From a virus: a stretch of DNA of 64,000 nt. Position 1 is the first letter of the stretch. Each line of letters begins with the position of its first letter. Positions 19,777 to 29,793 of the stretch are shown here, in pieces. A program made the position numbers and the translations under genes. The DNA lies in IMG/VR virus record IMGVR_UViG_3300044648_000427; one strand, 5' to 3'. The notes beneath the pieces are model-generated. The model saw only the letters and a program-made list of their open reading frames with translations, was not told the origin of the DNA and did not search any database.

Positions 19777-19965
19777 ATGAAGTTACAGAAAGGAGCGATT
19801 CTATCAAAGAATAATGCAAGTTACATTACATGTGTGAAATGCGGCAGAGAGTTAAATATCTTTAATGAATACGATTATTATGATCTAAATGGATCATTCA
19901 TTAAAGAATGCTGCGGGAAAATTCACACACTTACTCAACATACTTATATCTTCCAATATAACTAA
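19777..19965 (+). CDS. Small Zn-finger protein
   Basis: CVKC...CCGKIH. ATG 19777 is preferred over TTG 19750 from promoter spacing. Confidence 0.55.
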   Translation: MKLQKGAILSKNNASYITCVKCGRELNIFNEYDYYDLNGSFIKECCGKIHTLTQHTYIFQYN

Positions 19966-20011
19966 GAGGAATCTTAGTTCTCTTTTTTATCTTTCCTTAT
20001 AATTTCTCCAT

Positions 20012-20689
20012 ATGACTAAGAATAAAGAGCTAAAGAAGCTCGGAGAGCAAATTGACGAACTTGAAGAAGGAGAAATCAAGAAACAATTAAGTATCAATTA
20101 TCGTAATATTTTACACAACAACGGTGAATTACCTTGTGATGGCATTTGGAATGCAGCAATGGGTAAATGTGACGAATTTGATGAAACAAGTATCCCTCCA
20201 AAAGTATCAGCAGGAAGAAATAGAACAGTAGATGTAGGTGAATCTGTTACTTTAGCCGGAGAAATTAAAGATTTTAAAAATTATCTGGTATATAAAGGAT
20301 GGAATCAAGTAACTCATCCATCGGTTCCATTAGTACAACAAGAAGGTTCAGCAGATGGTTCAACTCTTATCATTCATCCAGTGAAGGAAGGAGAATATAC
20401 ATATCAATTTACTGCAACAGATGTAAAAGGACATAGTGGTTCGGATACAGTAGTTGTAACAGTAAAATCAAAGGAAAGCAGAAAAGCAGAAAGAGAAGCA
20501 AAAGAAAAGAAAGAAGCTGAAGAAAAGGAACAAGCAGAGAAACAAGCTAAAGAAAATAAAATAATTGAAGAAAAACCAAAACCAATTGTTGAAGAAAAGA
20601 AACCAATTGAAGAAAAAAAACCAAACTTTCAAGGCTTTTTAAAGGCTGACGAGGAATTTAAACCAAAAGAATTCAATAGAGGTAAATAA
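20012..20689 (+). CDS. PKD/Ig-like domain protein with charged coiled tail
   Basis: PPKVSAG..V.L.G..W.Q..G.YT.QFTATD..G..GSDTVVVTV. Confidence 0.75.
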   Translation: MTKNKELKKLGEQIDELEEGEIKKQLSINYRNILHNNGELPCDGIWNAAMGKCDEFDETSIPPKVSAGRNRTVDVGESVTLAGEIKDFKNYLVYKGWNQVTHPSVPLVQQEGSADGSTLIIHPVKEGEYTYQFTATDVKGHSGSDTVVVTVKSKESRKAEREAKEKKEAEEKEQAEKQAKENKIIEEKPKPIVEEKKPIEEKKPNFQGFLKADEEFKPKEFNRGK

Positions 20690-20692
20690 TCA

Positions 20693-21469
20693 ATGTACAA
20701 AAACACCGTAATTGTTGCAGCAATAGTGTTTATAACCCTATTTACTGCTTCAGTTACAACTTTTTCTCAAAAAGAAGAAGTACAACAAGTTATTTTAACT
20801 GATTTCATAAAACAATATACTGATTACGGTCAACATGCTGACCCAGCTTATAGAGAAATTTATAATGTATTAAACTTATTTGACAATAAAGTAAATACAA
20901 CTTATTCATTCTGGTCGCAACTTGGTGACTCAGGATTCGTCGCAGACTTGAAAGGCCCGATGGAACAACAAGTTTGTGGTGCTGAATTATATGTTTTTAA
21001 TCCTCAAAATTCTCCCTTTGTTTTACGTCTGGGAGATAAAGAAATCACAGGATCGTTAGATTCTACAGTTAAAAAAATAGATATTCCTGATTGTGTTAAA
21101 CAAATAGATAAAATTTCTTTAGATATTGATGGTAGTACTTCAACTGATCTGGAAAATGCAAAATGGACAACACTAGAAGAACTTAAGATTTTCACAAAGA
21201 ATGTTATACCTCCAGTATGTCCTCCAAATACAAAATGGGATGCAGATTTACAAAAATGTGTTCCAATTAATCCACCAATTGATAACGGTACAGATATTAC
21301 AAATTCAAACATAACTTTGAATGTATCAGGTTCAACAATTACAATAAATGCTGATGAGACAAGTGAAATTATCATCCCACAAAAACAATCTCTAATTCCA
21401 GAAAAGGAAGATGAAGATGAGGATGAGGATGAAAAGAAAGACAAAAAGAAAAAAGGAGATAAAGATTAA
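20693..21469 (+). CDS. Secreted/membrane-anchored discoidin(F5/8)-like protein
   Basis: N-terminal basic plus hydrophobic signal. FDN...WS...DL...W..LEELKIF pattern, Cys hairpin, acidic/basic tail. Confidence 0.6.
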   Translation: MYKNTVIVAAIVFITLFTASVTTFSQKEEVQQVILTDFIKQYTDYGQHADPAYREIYNVLNLFDNKVNTTYSFWSQLGDSGFVADLKGPMEQQVCGAELYVFNPQNSPFVLRLGDKEITGSLDSTVKKIDIPDCVKQIDKISLDIDGSTSTDLENAKWTTLEELKIFTKNVIPPVCPPNTKWDADLQKCVPINPPIDNGTDITNSNITLNVSGSTITINADETSEIIIPQKQSLIPEKEDEDEDEDEKKDKKKKGDKD

Positions 21470-24400
21470 TGATAAAAATAATTGCATTCGGTGATACTGA
21501 TACAACTTCAGACGCCTCAAGCATTATGGCTCAAATGGTAAAAGAGCCAAATGTAGATGTATTTTTAGGCTTAGGGGATTATCCTTATGCAGGCCGATCT
21601 ACAAAATGGTGTAGCATGGTAGATCAACATTTCACCCCAGAACTAAAAGGAAGATTAATGCTTAATCAAGGAAACCATGAAGATGAAGAATCAGAAACAG
21701 AAGCTTCTCAACAAGATATAGAAAAATGGGTAAATGATCATAATAGTAAACATCCACAATATAAAATGGATAAACTCGATATTACTCCACCTGAAGCAAA
21801 TGGCGGAGATTCAACATGGGAAAAACCTACATGGTTAACCTCACGACAAGTAGGCAATGTCTACATTATAAATATGAATACTCAAGACATGGATGTTGAG
21901 TTCAAGAGGAATCAATATAATTGGGTACTTGCTGAAATTAATAAAGCTAAACAATTAAAAGCTGAAGGTAAAATTGATTGGATAATCAATACAGCTCATA
22001 AACCTTGGTTTACTTTAAAATCCAGCCACAGCCCTTATACAGCAGTTAGAAAGATTTATAGTGATCTATTTAAAGATGTTGTAGATTTCAACCTTCACGG
22101 TCATAATCATAATACACAATTATGGTTGCCAATGGTTGCAGACGATACAAGTGGTAATGGAACTGGTACACAACTTTTCACTTATGCTTCAGATGGTAAG
22201 ACTTTTGATTTCACTAAATCTCATGGATGGCTGACCATAGTTTCGGGGCATGCTGGCCATGAACACAATGGAATTAAAGAGACTGGAAATAAAAATTGTA
22301 TGTGGTTTAATGATACGGCTTTTGGATATACTGTAATAGAAATTGACGGTAAAAAAGCTCATGTTATAGCAAAAGATGAAACAGGAGATACTATGTTTGA
22401 ATACTTTGTAACAAAAGAAGGTGGAACTCCAGATGATAATCCACTAGCTAAATTACTCGTTCCTTCACAAGTAGCAGTTGGATCAACTGTAACACTTGAT
22501 GGAAGTCAATCTGTTGCTGATACATTAACAATTACACAGACCTTGGGAACACCTGTAAATCTCACAGATGCAGGCAAATTCAAGAAATCATTTGTCGTAC
22601 CTGACGCTAATTCTATAATGGCAGCAGGTAACTTCGCATTGGGTTTCCAAGCAGTAGCACAAAAAGGAACCAAACAATCTATAGCACAAGTATCAATACA
22701 AGTTACTACAACAGATCCAGCAGATCCACCAGTGGCTAAATTAACTGCTCCAACAAGTGCAATAGCAGGATCAAAGGTTATACTGAATGCAAATGGATCA
22801 ACTAATTATGATAGTCTGGTATTTTCACAAATATCTGGGCCAAACGTTTTAATTGAACCACTCGATGCATTAAGGAAACAGTTTAACGCACCAAATACTC
22901 CCACACAATTAGGATTTGAACTTAAAGCTATTAAGGGCACACAACAATCAACAGCTCAAGCAACCATACAAATTAATTCTGAATCTTCAACTGGAGAGAC
23001 AAAACTCATACCAATCAGCGTTGCAGCATCAGGGCAAGATTTAGGCAAAGAAGCTTCAAAAGCCGCAGATGGAAATTTCGAATCCAGATGGTCATGTGAT
23101 GGAGATGGAGAATGGATAGAATTTAAATTTGATAAAGTTTATCCGATTACCAAAGTAAAATTAACATGTTATCATTATGATAAAACATATAAATTTGAAA
23201 TTAAAGGAAAACAATTCGAAAATCCAGCAGGAAGACCAGTAAATTCATTAGTAGAATATGACTTGAAAGACCTTAACATTATAAGTGATACAGTAAGGAT
23301 AATTGGACATGGAAATAATCTAACTACATATAACTCTTTCCGAGAAATTGAATTCTATTCTGGAACCGCAGACCCACGTCATTGTCAACCGGGTTGGCAC
23401 TGGGATGATACGTTAAAACGTTGTATACCAGATTTGGAACCACCTATAAATCCAAATAATAAACCACCAGTTGCAAATGCAGGACAAGATCAAACTGTAG
23501 CTCCAAAATCTACGGTAACACTAAATGGATTGGCTAGCTCAGACCCAGATGGAACGATAAGTTCATATTCATGGACTCAGTTAAGCGGCCCAACAGTAAG
23601 TATAAGTAATGCAAATACAGCAGTTGCTTCATTTATTGCACCAGATCTTGATACGCCACAACCACAAACTCCAATAGCGGTAATAACGCCAAACACGCTT
23701 ACAGGATTAAAAGGTTCAACTTTAACAGTTTCAGGTACAAGTTCTCAAAATGCAAGTACATACAAATGGGTAGCAAGTTCTGGAAATTCAATATCCGGTT
23801 CAAGCACTAATTCAACAGCTAACATTGTACTTTCTGGTACAGTTGGTAGTAATAATAGTGTAACTTTAACCGTTACAAATTCAACAGGGCAAACTAATAG
23901 TGTAACCAAAACTATAAATATAACGACAACTCCATCTACCGAACTAGATGCAGAAGCAGAAGCACTTATATTAGCCAAAGTTGGTGAAACAGTTTTACTA
24001 AAAGATAACGGTTCTAAAGGAGCAATTACACGTCATGAATGGCTAAAAGAAACACCTGATGCACAAGCAATTCAATTAATTGCCAATTCAAGTGCAAAAT
24101 TCGGAGCTAAATTCATTGCAACAAGCAATATGGTAGATAAAGATATTAGATTCAGATTAAGGGTTTTCGACGCTCAAAACAACTTTAATGATGATATAAC
24201 TGGCACTAAAGTATCAATTACCGCTGGAACTCCAAGTGGCGGATTCGGTCAAGATGCATTCGGAATGAAGATGCTTCTCAAACCAACAGGTAAGAAAATC
24301 GCTATGGAATGGGGTACAGACCACGAAAATGGCCAAAGATTTAACGTAAATCATGAATTCCATAATTATATAATGCAAGGGTACTTTAAGCTAGGATCAG

Positions 24401-26118
24401 GTCAAGATGCAATAAACCACAAGGGAGACGGCCCCAACCATGGAGGATGTACGTCAACAAGTAACTTTATCTGTCTATGGTATGAGCTTCATTTGGAGCT
24501 TTCCACAGGAAAAGGTGAATTACAATACGAATTCCCTCATCCAAAGAACAATAACGTTGACTCTTCAAAATTGGAATTATCCAAATCTATAGGCAAATTA
24601 AATGCTGGACAATGGATAGGATGGGCTACCGCTTATTACTGGGGTGCTGATGGATACAGGCATATAAAAGCCTTTGTTGATCCAAATCCATTCCCTAACA
24701 ACGATCCAAACCAAAAACCATTGAATAATTGGGATAATGTTGTATATGCAGTTGAAAGAGGTCAAATAGTACCAAATATTACAATGCCAAGAGACTTGCA
24801 GAAAGTAATAGATTCTGATGCGGGATTTGAAAGTGAAATCCGTATGAACAATGCAAATTCGGGAACAACTGATATGAAAAACGTATGGGTTATGGAAGTT
24901 GATCCAAAAGTAACAGGAATTCAACCATTAATGAACCAAACAATCAATTGGCAAGTATTACCTGACAAGAGTTCTAAAGAACGAAGAGCATTAGATGAAG
25001 AACGAGATAGAGAATTAGGTATAAATGATGATATAAAACCAAAGAAAATTAAAGAAGCTATAACTACCGCACTTCCAAAAGATTTACTATTCCAACTCAG
25101 AGTAACAGATAATAAAGGGTCTAGTAGCACAGATACAGTAAAGATTACTGTTTCAGACTCTTCACTCCCACCACCTCCAGATGATGTAGATGCTAAATTC
25201 CCTGAATTATTAGCAAAAGCAACACCCGGCAGTACATTCGTACTTGATGGTTCCCAATCAACAGGAAATATTACATCATGGAATATTAAACAAGATGAAG
25301 GCCCAACAGTTCAATTATTAGATAATCCGAAGAAATGTTCAAAACAGTTTACAATGCCAAATGAAAAAGTCAAATTTACTCTAACTGTAAGTAATTCAAC
25401 AAAATCAAATTCTGATACAATTACCGTAAATCCAGATGATGAACAGCCAACAGGTGATATATTATATGATTCAAATATTCATGGTAAATGGAATGATGGA
25501 AACAAACGAACTGTAGATGATAAAGAAGGAAATCAATCACCGGATGGAAAAGGATTTCATACTGCTGCATCAGGTAATCCTAGATTTATAATCGATGGTG
25601 ATGGTGTAGGACACTTAGAAGCAGATTCAGGACATGGCCGTATCTATATCCTAGCCAAAAACTACAATTCCAGACTAGAATTTGACTTTATGTTTGAAGA
25701 TGAAAATATAGATAACATATCTTTCAAGTTAAGAAGTAGACATCAAGAAGGTTCTGATTGTAAGAACAGATTTGGTGGTTTCGGGGGTGCCATAGATAGA
25801 GCAGGTGGAGAAATTGATTTCCAGACAGAAAGTTGTCATAACGAACACGAAAACAAGATTGCAAAACCAATTCCGCCATTCCAAACAGGTACATGGCATA
25901 AAGCGGCAATATCGGTATGGGATAAACCAGACAAAAGTGCAGTTAATCTGAAAGCAGAAATAGATGGTAAAGAAGTTTTAACCGGAGAACATAAGAATCC
26001 TCAACCCTATTATGTTGATGAGGCAAAATTCATGGAACAAAGTTATTTCTGGTTAAGAATAAATAATTCAAAGACAGGTAAAGTAGCCTTCAAAAATGTT
26101 AGATTAATTAAAATCTAA
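21469..26118 (+). CDS. Giant multidomain protein: metallophosphoesterase, multiple PKD, F5/8 discoidin, lectin/lyase-like domains
   Basis: GD, GDY, GNHE, H, GHNH motifs; ADGNFESRWS..GEWIEF discoidin; PPVANAGQDQTV PKD. Shares two domains with 13311. Confidence 0.8.
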   Translation: MIKIIAFGDTDTTSDASSIMAQMVKEPNVDVFLGLGDYPYAGRSTKWCSMVDQHFTPELKGRLMLNQGNHEDEESETEASQQDIEKWVNDHNSKHPQYKMDKLDITPPEANGGDSTWEKPTWLTSRQVGNVYIINMNTQDMDVEFKRNQYNWVLAEINKAKQLKAEGKIDWIINTAHKPWFTLKSSHSPYTAVRKIYSDLFKDVVDFNLHGHNHNTQLWLPMVADDTSGNGTGTQLFTYASDGKTFDFTKSHGWLTIVSGHAGHEHNGIKETGNKNCMWFNDTAFGYTVIEIDGKKAHVIAKDETGDTMFEYFVTKEGGTPDDNPLAKLLVPSQVAVGSTVTLDGSQSVADTLTITQTLGTPVNLTDAGKFKKSFVVPDANSIMAAGNFALGFQAVAQKGTKQSIAQVSIQVTTTDPADPPVAKLTAPTSAIAGSKVILNANGSTNYDSLVFSQISGPNVLIEPLDALRKQFNAPNTPTQLGFELKAIKGTQQSTAQATIQINSESSTGETKLIPISVAASGQDLGKEASKAADGNFESRWSCDGDGEWIEFKFDKVYPITKVKLTCYHYDKTYKFEIKGKQFENPAGRPVNSLVEYDLKDLNIISDTVRIIGHGNNLTTYNSFREIEFYSGTADPRHCQPGWHWDDTLKRCIPDLEPPINPNNKPPVANAGQDQTVAPKSTVTLNGLASSDPDGTISSYSWTQLSGPTVSISNANTAVASFIAPDLDTPQPQTPIAVITPNTLTGLKGSTLTVSGTSSQNASTYKWVASSGNSISGSSTNSTANIVLSGTVGSNNSVTLTVTNSTGQTNSVTKTINITTTPSTELDAEAEALILAKVGETVLLKDNGSKGAITRHEWLKETPDAQAIQLIANSSAKFGAKFIATSNMVDKDIRFRLRVFDAQNNFNDDITGTKVSITAGTPSGGFGQDAFGMKMLLKPTGKKIAMEWGTDHENGQRFNVNHEFHNYIMQGYFKLGSGQDAINHKGDGPNHGGCTSTSNFICLWYELHLELSTGKGELQYEFPHPKNNNVDSSKLELSKSIGKLNAGQWIGWATAYYWGADGYRHIKAFVDPNPFPNNDPNQKPLNNWDNVVYAVERGQIVPNITMPRDLQKVIDSDAGFESEIRMNNANSGTTDMKNVWVMEVDPKVTGIQPLMNQTINWQVLPDKSSKERRALDEERDRELGINDDIKPKKIKEAITTALPKDLLFQLRVTDNKGSSSTDTVKITVSDSSLPPPPDDVDAKFPELLAKATPGSTFVLDGSQSTGNITSWNIKQDEGPTVQLLDNPKKCSKQFTMPNEKVKFTLTVSNSTKSNSDTITVNPDDEQPTGDILYDSNIHGKWNDGNKRTVDDKEGNQSPDGKGFHTAASGNPRFIIDGDGVGHLEADSGHGRIYILAKNYNSRLEFDFMFEDENIDNISFKLRSRHQEGSDCKNRFGGFGGAIDRAGGEIDFQTESCHNEHENKIAKPIPPFQTGTWHKAAISVWDKPDKSAVNLKAEIDGKEVLTGEHKNPQPYYVDEAKFMEQSYFWLRINNSKTGKVAFKNVRLIKI

Positions 26119-26168
26119 CAACAATTTTTTTAATAACTCTCATTAATATTAATAATAAGTTTTCTTTT

Positions 26169-26600
26169 ATGAAACTAGCTATAATAATTGTCATTTTAAG
26201 TTTTCTTATAGGTGGTGCTTATATAGGACACGCCAATTATGTTCTTGAAAAATCACATATCCCAATAGATGAAGAAAAATATATATATTATCATATTCAA
26301 ACTGAGTATATTAAATTTATGATATTCTTACCTGTTGCCATATTTTATTTTATGATTGCTATTGTTATTTTTTGTATTCCTCATAATCCTCTTCCTTATG
26401 TAATATTTATAGGATTTACGGGAGCGTTCCTAGCAATAACAGCAATAAATATGTTTTTAGGTAATCCTTATCCACAGTTAAACATGACAACTAAATATGG
26501 ACATTACATTGATTTTCCTCTAGTAAAAACTTTTCAGACTATATCTATGATTGTAACTTTATATGTATATTACAAAAAGTTCTGTTCTAAAGTTGTATAG
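26169..26600 (+). CDS. Multi-pass membrane protein
   Basis: About 4 hydrophobic segments. Confidence 0.6.
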   Translation: MKLAIIIVILSFLIGGAYIGHANYVLEKSHIPIDEEKYIYYHIQTEYIKFMIFLPVAIFYFMIAIVIFCIPHNPLPYVIFIGFTGAFLAITAINMFLGNPYPQLNMTTKYGHYIDFPLVKTFQTISMIVTLYVYYKKFCSKVV

Positions 26601-26640
26601 TTCTCAATAAGAAATAATTAATATCATTTTTCACACATAA

Positions 26641-26823
26641 ATGGTATTCGCTTCATTAGAAACGGGAATCATAGCATTAATTGTAGGAATTGCATTAGTA
26701 TTAATTGCTAATAGAATTCCAATTCAACAATACGTCAATGCAGCTCTTTATATAATAGGTTTTATACTTATTGTACTTGCAATAGTTGCATTCTTGCTAT
26801 TTTTCGTGGGTATAGTAGCTTAG
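26641..26823 (+). CDS. Small two-TM membrane protein (possible holin-like)
   Basis: Two hydrophobic helices in 60 aa; the function is inference. Confidence 0.55.
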   Translation: MVFASLETGIIALIVGIALVLIANRIPIQQYVNAALYIIGFILIVLAIVAFLLFFVGIVA

Positions 26824-26864
26824 TATCCACAAACAATTTACTTTTAAACTACCCAACTTTTTTT

Positions 26865-27071
26865 TTAAAAATCATATTCATCTGTCTTATAAGTCTTTGG
26901 TATTTTACGTAGGTTAATTCGTTCAGCTATTCCTATTTTTTCTAAAATATTGCAAACTTTTTCAAGTATTTCAGCAACTTGTGATTGATATAATTTATGC
27001 TCTTTTGCTATTTGTTCGATACTTTTATTATCTAGCCAAGAACGAATGATGGAAATTTCAATATCGTTCAT
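26865..27071 (-). CDS. HTH DNA-binding protein
   Basis: KSIEQIAKEHKLYQSQVAEIL. Confidence 0.6.
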   Translation of the reverse strand: MNDIEISIIRSWLDNKSIEQIAKEHKLYQSQVAEILEKVCNILEKIGIAERINLRKIPKTYKTDEYDF

Positions 27072-27226
27072 TAAAACTCATTTTTACATTTTTTCTTTAA
27101 TTCTTGCCATCTTCTATGCCATAATATACCAAGTTTATATTCATCCCCACTTTCAAGTTTCTCTAATGCTTCTGCTATCTCCTCAAAAGAATCATAAACA
27201 ATTTCACGTAATTCTTTATCCTTCAT
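27071..27226 (-). CDS. 51-aa hypothetical protein (not in ORF track)
   Basis: MKDKELREIV..KNEF, TAATG-coupled to the HTH gene. Confidence 0.5.
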   Translation of the reverse strand: MKDKELREIVYDSFEEIAEALEKLESGDEYKLGILWHRRWQELKKKCKNEF

Positions 27227-27264
27227 AATTAAGTATATATAACTCTATGATCTATTTATTTGTT

Positions 27265-27594
27265 ATGAAAGATATGCTTGAAACTATATTTAACCTCCAA
27301 AAAGAACTAGACAAATTAGTTGGATTTACTAAGATGGATTATCAAGAAAAGGTAAACAACAATTTTATGGCAACCCTTCATGAAATATGTGAATTGCACG
27401 ATGAAACTAATTGGAAACATTGGAAAAAGACCAAAAAAGTTGAAAGTTATGAAAAAATACTTGAAGAATATGCAGATGTAATACATTTTATTGTTCAAAA
27501 AGCACTAATACATGGATTCACCTCAGAACAAGTTTTTGATGCTTATGTAAAGAAAAATCAAGTTAATCGTGAAAGGGTGGCAAATAACTATTGA
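27265..27594 (+). CDS. dut: Dimeric all-alpha dUTPase (dUTPase_2 family)
   Basis: LQ..LD, E..EL.DE..WK.WK, EEYADVIHF, Y..KN.VN.ER...Y. Start 27265 from TATA spacing. Confidence 0.85.
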   Translation: MKDMLETIFNLQKELDKLVGFTKMDYQEKVNNNFMATLHEICELHDETNWKHWKKTKKVESYEKILEEYADVIHFIVQKALIHGFTSEQVFDAYVKKNQVNRERVANNY

Positions 27595-27857
27595 CAGAAG
27601 TTCTCACTTTTCCCCCTGAACGTGTATGCGTTGATTGCGGCTCAAAAACTACATATGGAACTCAGTGGTATTATTTTGAAGATGGATTAACTTGTAATAG
27701 ATGTTATGAGAAAAGAAAATATAAAATGAGTAAACGTAAACGATTCTATAGGAAGACTGAAGTATGTTTATACTGCGGTGGCCCGTTCAGAAAGTCTACG
27801 TCTAATATAAAGTTTTGCAAAAATATATGCAAGAAAAAGTATAATATATTAAGATAA
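27591..27857 (+). CDS. Double Zn-finger protein
   Basis: CVDC..W..CNRC and CLYC..FC..C. Confidence 0.6.
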   Translation: MTEVLTFPPERVCVDCGSKTTYGTQWYYFEDGLTCNRCYEKRKYKMSKRKRFYRKTEVCLYCGGPFRKSTSNIKFCKNICKKKYNILR

Positions 27858-28724
27858 AAATATTTTTTTGTTGAAAAGTTCATCTCCTGATGAGCTTATC
27901 ATTTTTAGATGTATTCCATTTTGATCAAATGTAAATATCGGTGCTTGATAAGTTTCTCCATCCAAGTATTGCCATAATGGATTAGTTTCCTCTATTTTAT
28001 CCAATGAACGTCCAAGAGATCCAAATATACCCCAAACAATACCTAGATTATCTTCATTTGTTGTAGGTACTAGTTGGTTGTTAACCATCCTTAGATTATC
28101 AGAAATTTGAGTATCATGGTCATGCCCTTGAGTTACTAAATCAACAATATGAGCATAAGAATAAATCAAATTAATTATATTTTTATAATCTTTTATTTCT
28201 GATGGTTTATGATCACCACAGGAATATGCCATTTTTAAATTTTCATCCAACATACAACTCATAATCATCTTGTGCATGGCAATTACTACATATTCAATTT
28301 GACCTGCTAACTTTAACTGATTTGCTTTTTCCAACTCAGTATTTAGAAAATCTTTATTCATTTCTTGGGTGTCAAGAGCGATTACATAAACATCCTTATG
28401 TTCATAGGAATAAAAATTAGAATCTAGATTAAAATGTTCAGTAAGTTGTTCCCATGACTTTTCAGCTCCTTTTTCACTAGATTCGTGATTTCCTCTAACA
28501 ATTTTCACATGAAGCCCTTCTACCATATCAATCCAACATTGTTGATCATCTTGATATGAATAATCACCTAAACCCTGTAAAAGTTCTACGTTGTTGGATT
28601 TGATGTTATTTATATTCTTTTCGGCCTCTTCACTACATGTAAAATCACCTGCAAAACTAGCGTTAAACGCATAAGCAGAGGGCATACTAACCGCTAATAG
28701 TACTAAAATTATTTGTTTTATCAT
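27849..28724 (-). CDS. Secreted calcineurin-like metallophosphoesterase (purple-acid-phosphatase-like)
   Basis: Signal peptide ending AYA. Motifs AGD, GLGDY, RGNHE, MH, QGHDH. Confidence 0.8.
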   Translation of the reverse strand: MIKQIILVLLAVSMPSAYAFNASFAGDFTCSEEAEKNINNIKSNNVELLQGLGDYSYQDDQQCWIDMVEGLHVKIVRGNHESSEKGAEKSWEQLTEHFNLDSNFYSYEHKDVYVIALDTQEMNKDFLNTELEKANQLKLAGQIEYVVIAMHKMIMSCMLDENLKMAYSCGDHKPSEIKDYKNIINLIYSYAHIVDLVTQGHDHDTQISDNLRMVNNQLVPTTNEDNLGIVWGIFGSLGRSLDKIEETNPLWQYLDGETYQAPIFTFDQNGIHLKMISSSGDELFNKKIFLS

Positions 28725-28771
28725 TAAAATTATATAAAATTATTATAATAAAAGTGTTTTTAAAAAAAAAA

Positions 28772-29200
28772 TTATTGGGTTGGAACTGGTGCGTCTAGTT
28801 CAACTATTACCTTGTTTGGTTTCGTTAATGAGTTGATTAAACTTGAGAATTCTAGACCGTTAATGTTTCCGAGTATTGTTTCACCTTTTGTTGGACATGC
28901 ATCTCCTCCTTTTTTGAATTGGAAGTTGAATGCTAATGTAGATTCTTCAGCTAATTTTGATTGTGCTTGAAGATTACCTAATTGTGCGGTATAAATTGTT
29001 CCATTCACAGCATTAAGTACTTTCAGTTGAACCTTTACTTGACATTTCTTTGGTTTTTGTTCTTTGTCTTTTCCGGGTTTTTCTGGTTTTCCGGGTTTGT
29101 CTGGTTTTGCAGTTTGTGCGAAAACGTCGTCAACTATTGGTGCTGTAGCAATTCCGAAAACGGATGCTAACATTGCTAAGGTTAATATAAGTGTTTTCAT
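28772..29200 (-). CDS. Secreted protein with KP-repeat linker
   Basis: Signal peptide ..VFAQ, own TATA promoter. Confidence 0.6.
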   Translation of the reverse strand: MKTLILTLAMLASVFGIATAPIVDDVFAQTAKPDKPGKPEKPGKDKEQKPKKCQVKVQLKVLNAVNGTIYTAQLGNLQAQSKLAEESTLAFNFQFKKGGDACPTKGETILGNINGLEFSSLINSLTKPNKVIVELDAPVPTQ

Positions 29201-29247
29201 TGTAAGGTAAGTAATATATTCACTAGTATAAAAGCTTTACTAAAAAA

Positions 29248-29421
29248 TTAATTTGGATAAGATTTTAACTCATCCTGAATTATTGATATAAGTTCAAGAC
29301 CGTTTCTACGTGCTTTCTCATAATCTTGTTCTTCATATGCACTATAGATCATATTTTGCACAATCTGACACATTTTGAGCGAGATAAGCTCTAATGGATC
29401 ATCGGTAGAACTAAGTTTCAA
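29248..29421 (-). CDS. 57-aa hypothetical protein (not in ORF track)
   Basis: TTG overlapping the stop of 29418..29723; open to TAA. Confidence 0.45.
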   Translation of the reverse strand: MKLSSTDDPLELISLKMCQIVQNMIYSAYEEQDYEKARRNGLELISIIQDELKSYPN

Positions 29422-29723
29422 TTATTTACGCCTTGTGCCTTTTTAACTTCTTCTTTTGGAGCGTTCTGTAAAACTTTTCCTTCATCAGCTATGCTTTTTT
29501 CTTGTATACTATCAAGGAACTCTTGGGTTGGTACACATCTACCTAAATTGTTATCCCATTTCCATCCTTTACGACAGCCGTTCTCATCAAGCTTAAAGGT
29601 TTTACTTCCTGTTCGTGGATCGATGGTAAATTCATCATCATTGTTTTCTCCATTCTCAAAAGAGTTAATCAAGTTTTGGACTTCTTTATCGTTAGTTGCC
29701 TCTGTGGGCGGTTGATTTGCCAT
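29418..29723 (-). CDS. Small protein with Cys-hairpin motif
   Basis: CRKGWKWDNNLGRCVP; TAGTT promoter. Confidence 0.6.
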   Translation of the reverse strand: MANQPPTEATNDKEVQNLINSFENGENNDDEFTIDPRTGSKTFKLDENGCRKGWKWDNNLGRCVPTQEFLDSIQEKSIADEGKVLQNAPKEEVKKAQGVNN

Positions 29724-29793
29724 ATTTTAAGAATTGATTTTCTTGTTAATAAAAACTATAAGTTTATATTCGTGTTGATCCATTATATAATTA

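Noticed and set aside
8889-26118. Diversity-generating retroelement acting on adhesins
   Set aside because: No reverse transcriptase and no near-identical TR/VR pair seen; paralogy is at the protein level.
27046-27228. 60-aa plus-strand ORF
   Set aside because: The antisense 51-aa ORF is coupled to the HTH gene and has more protein-like composition.
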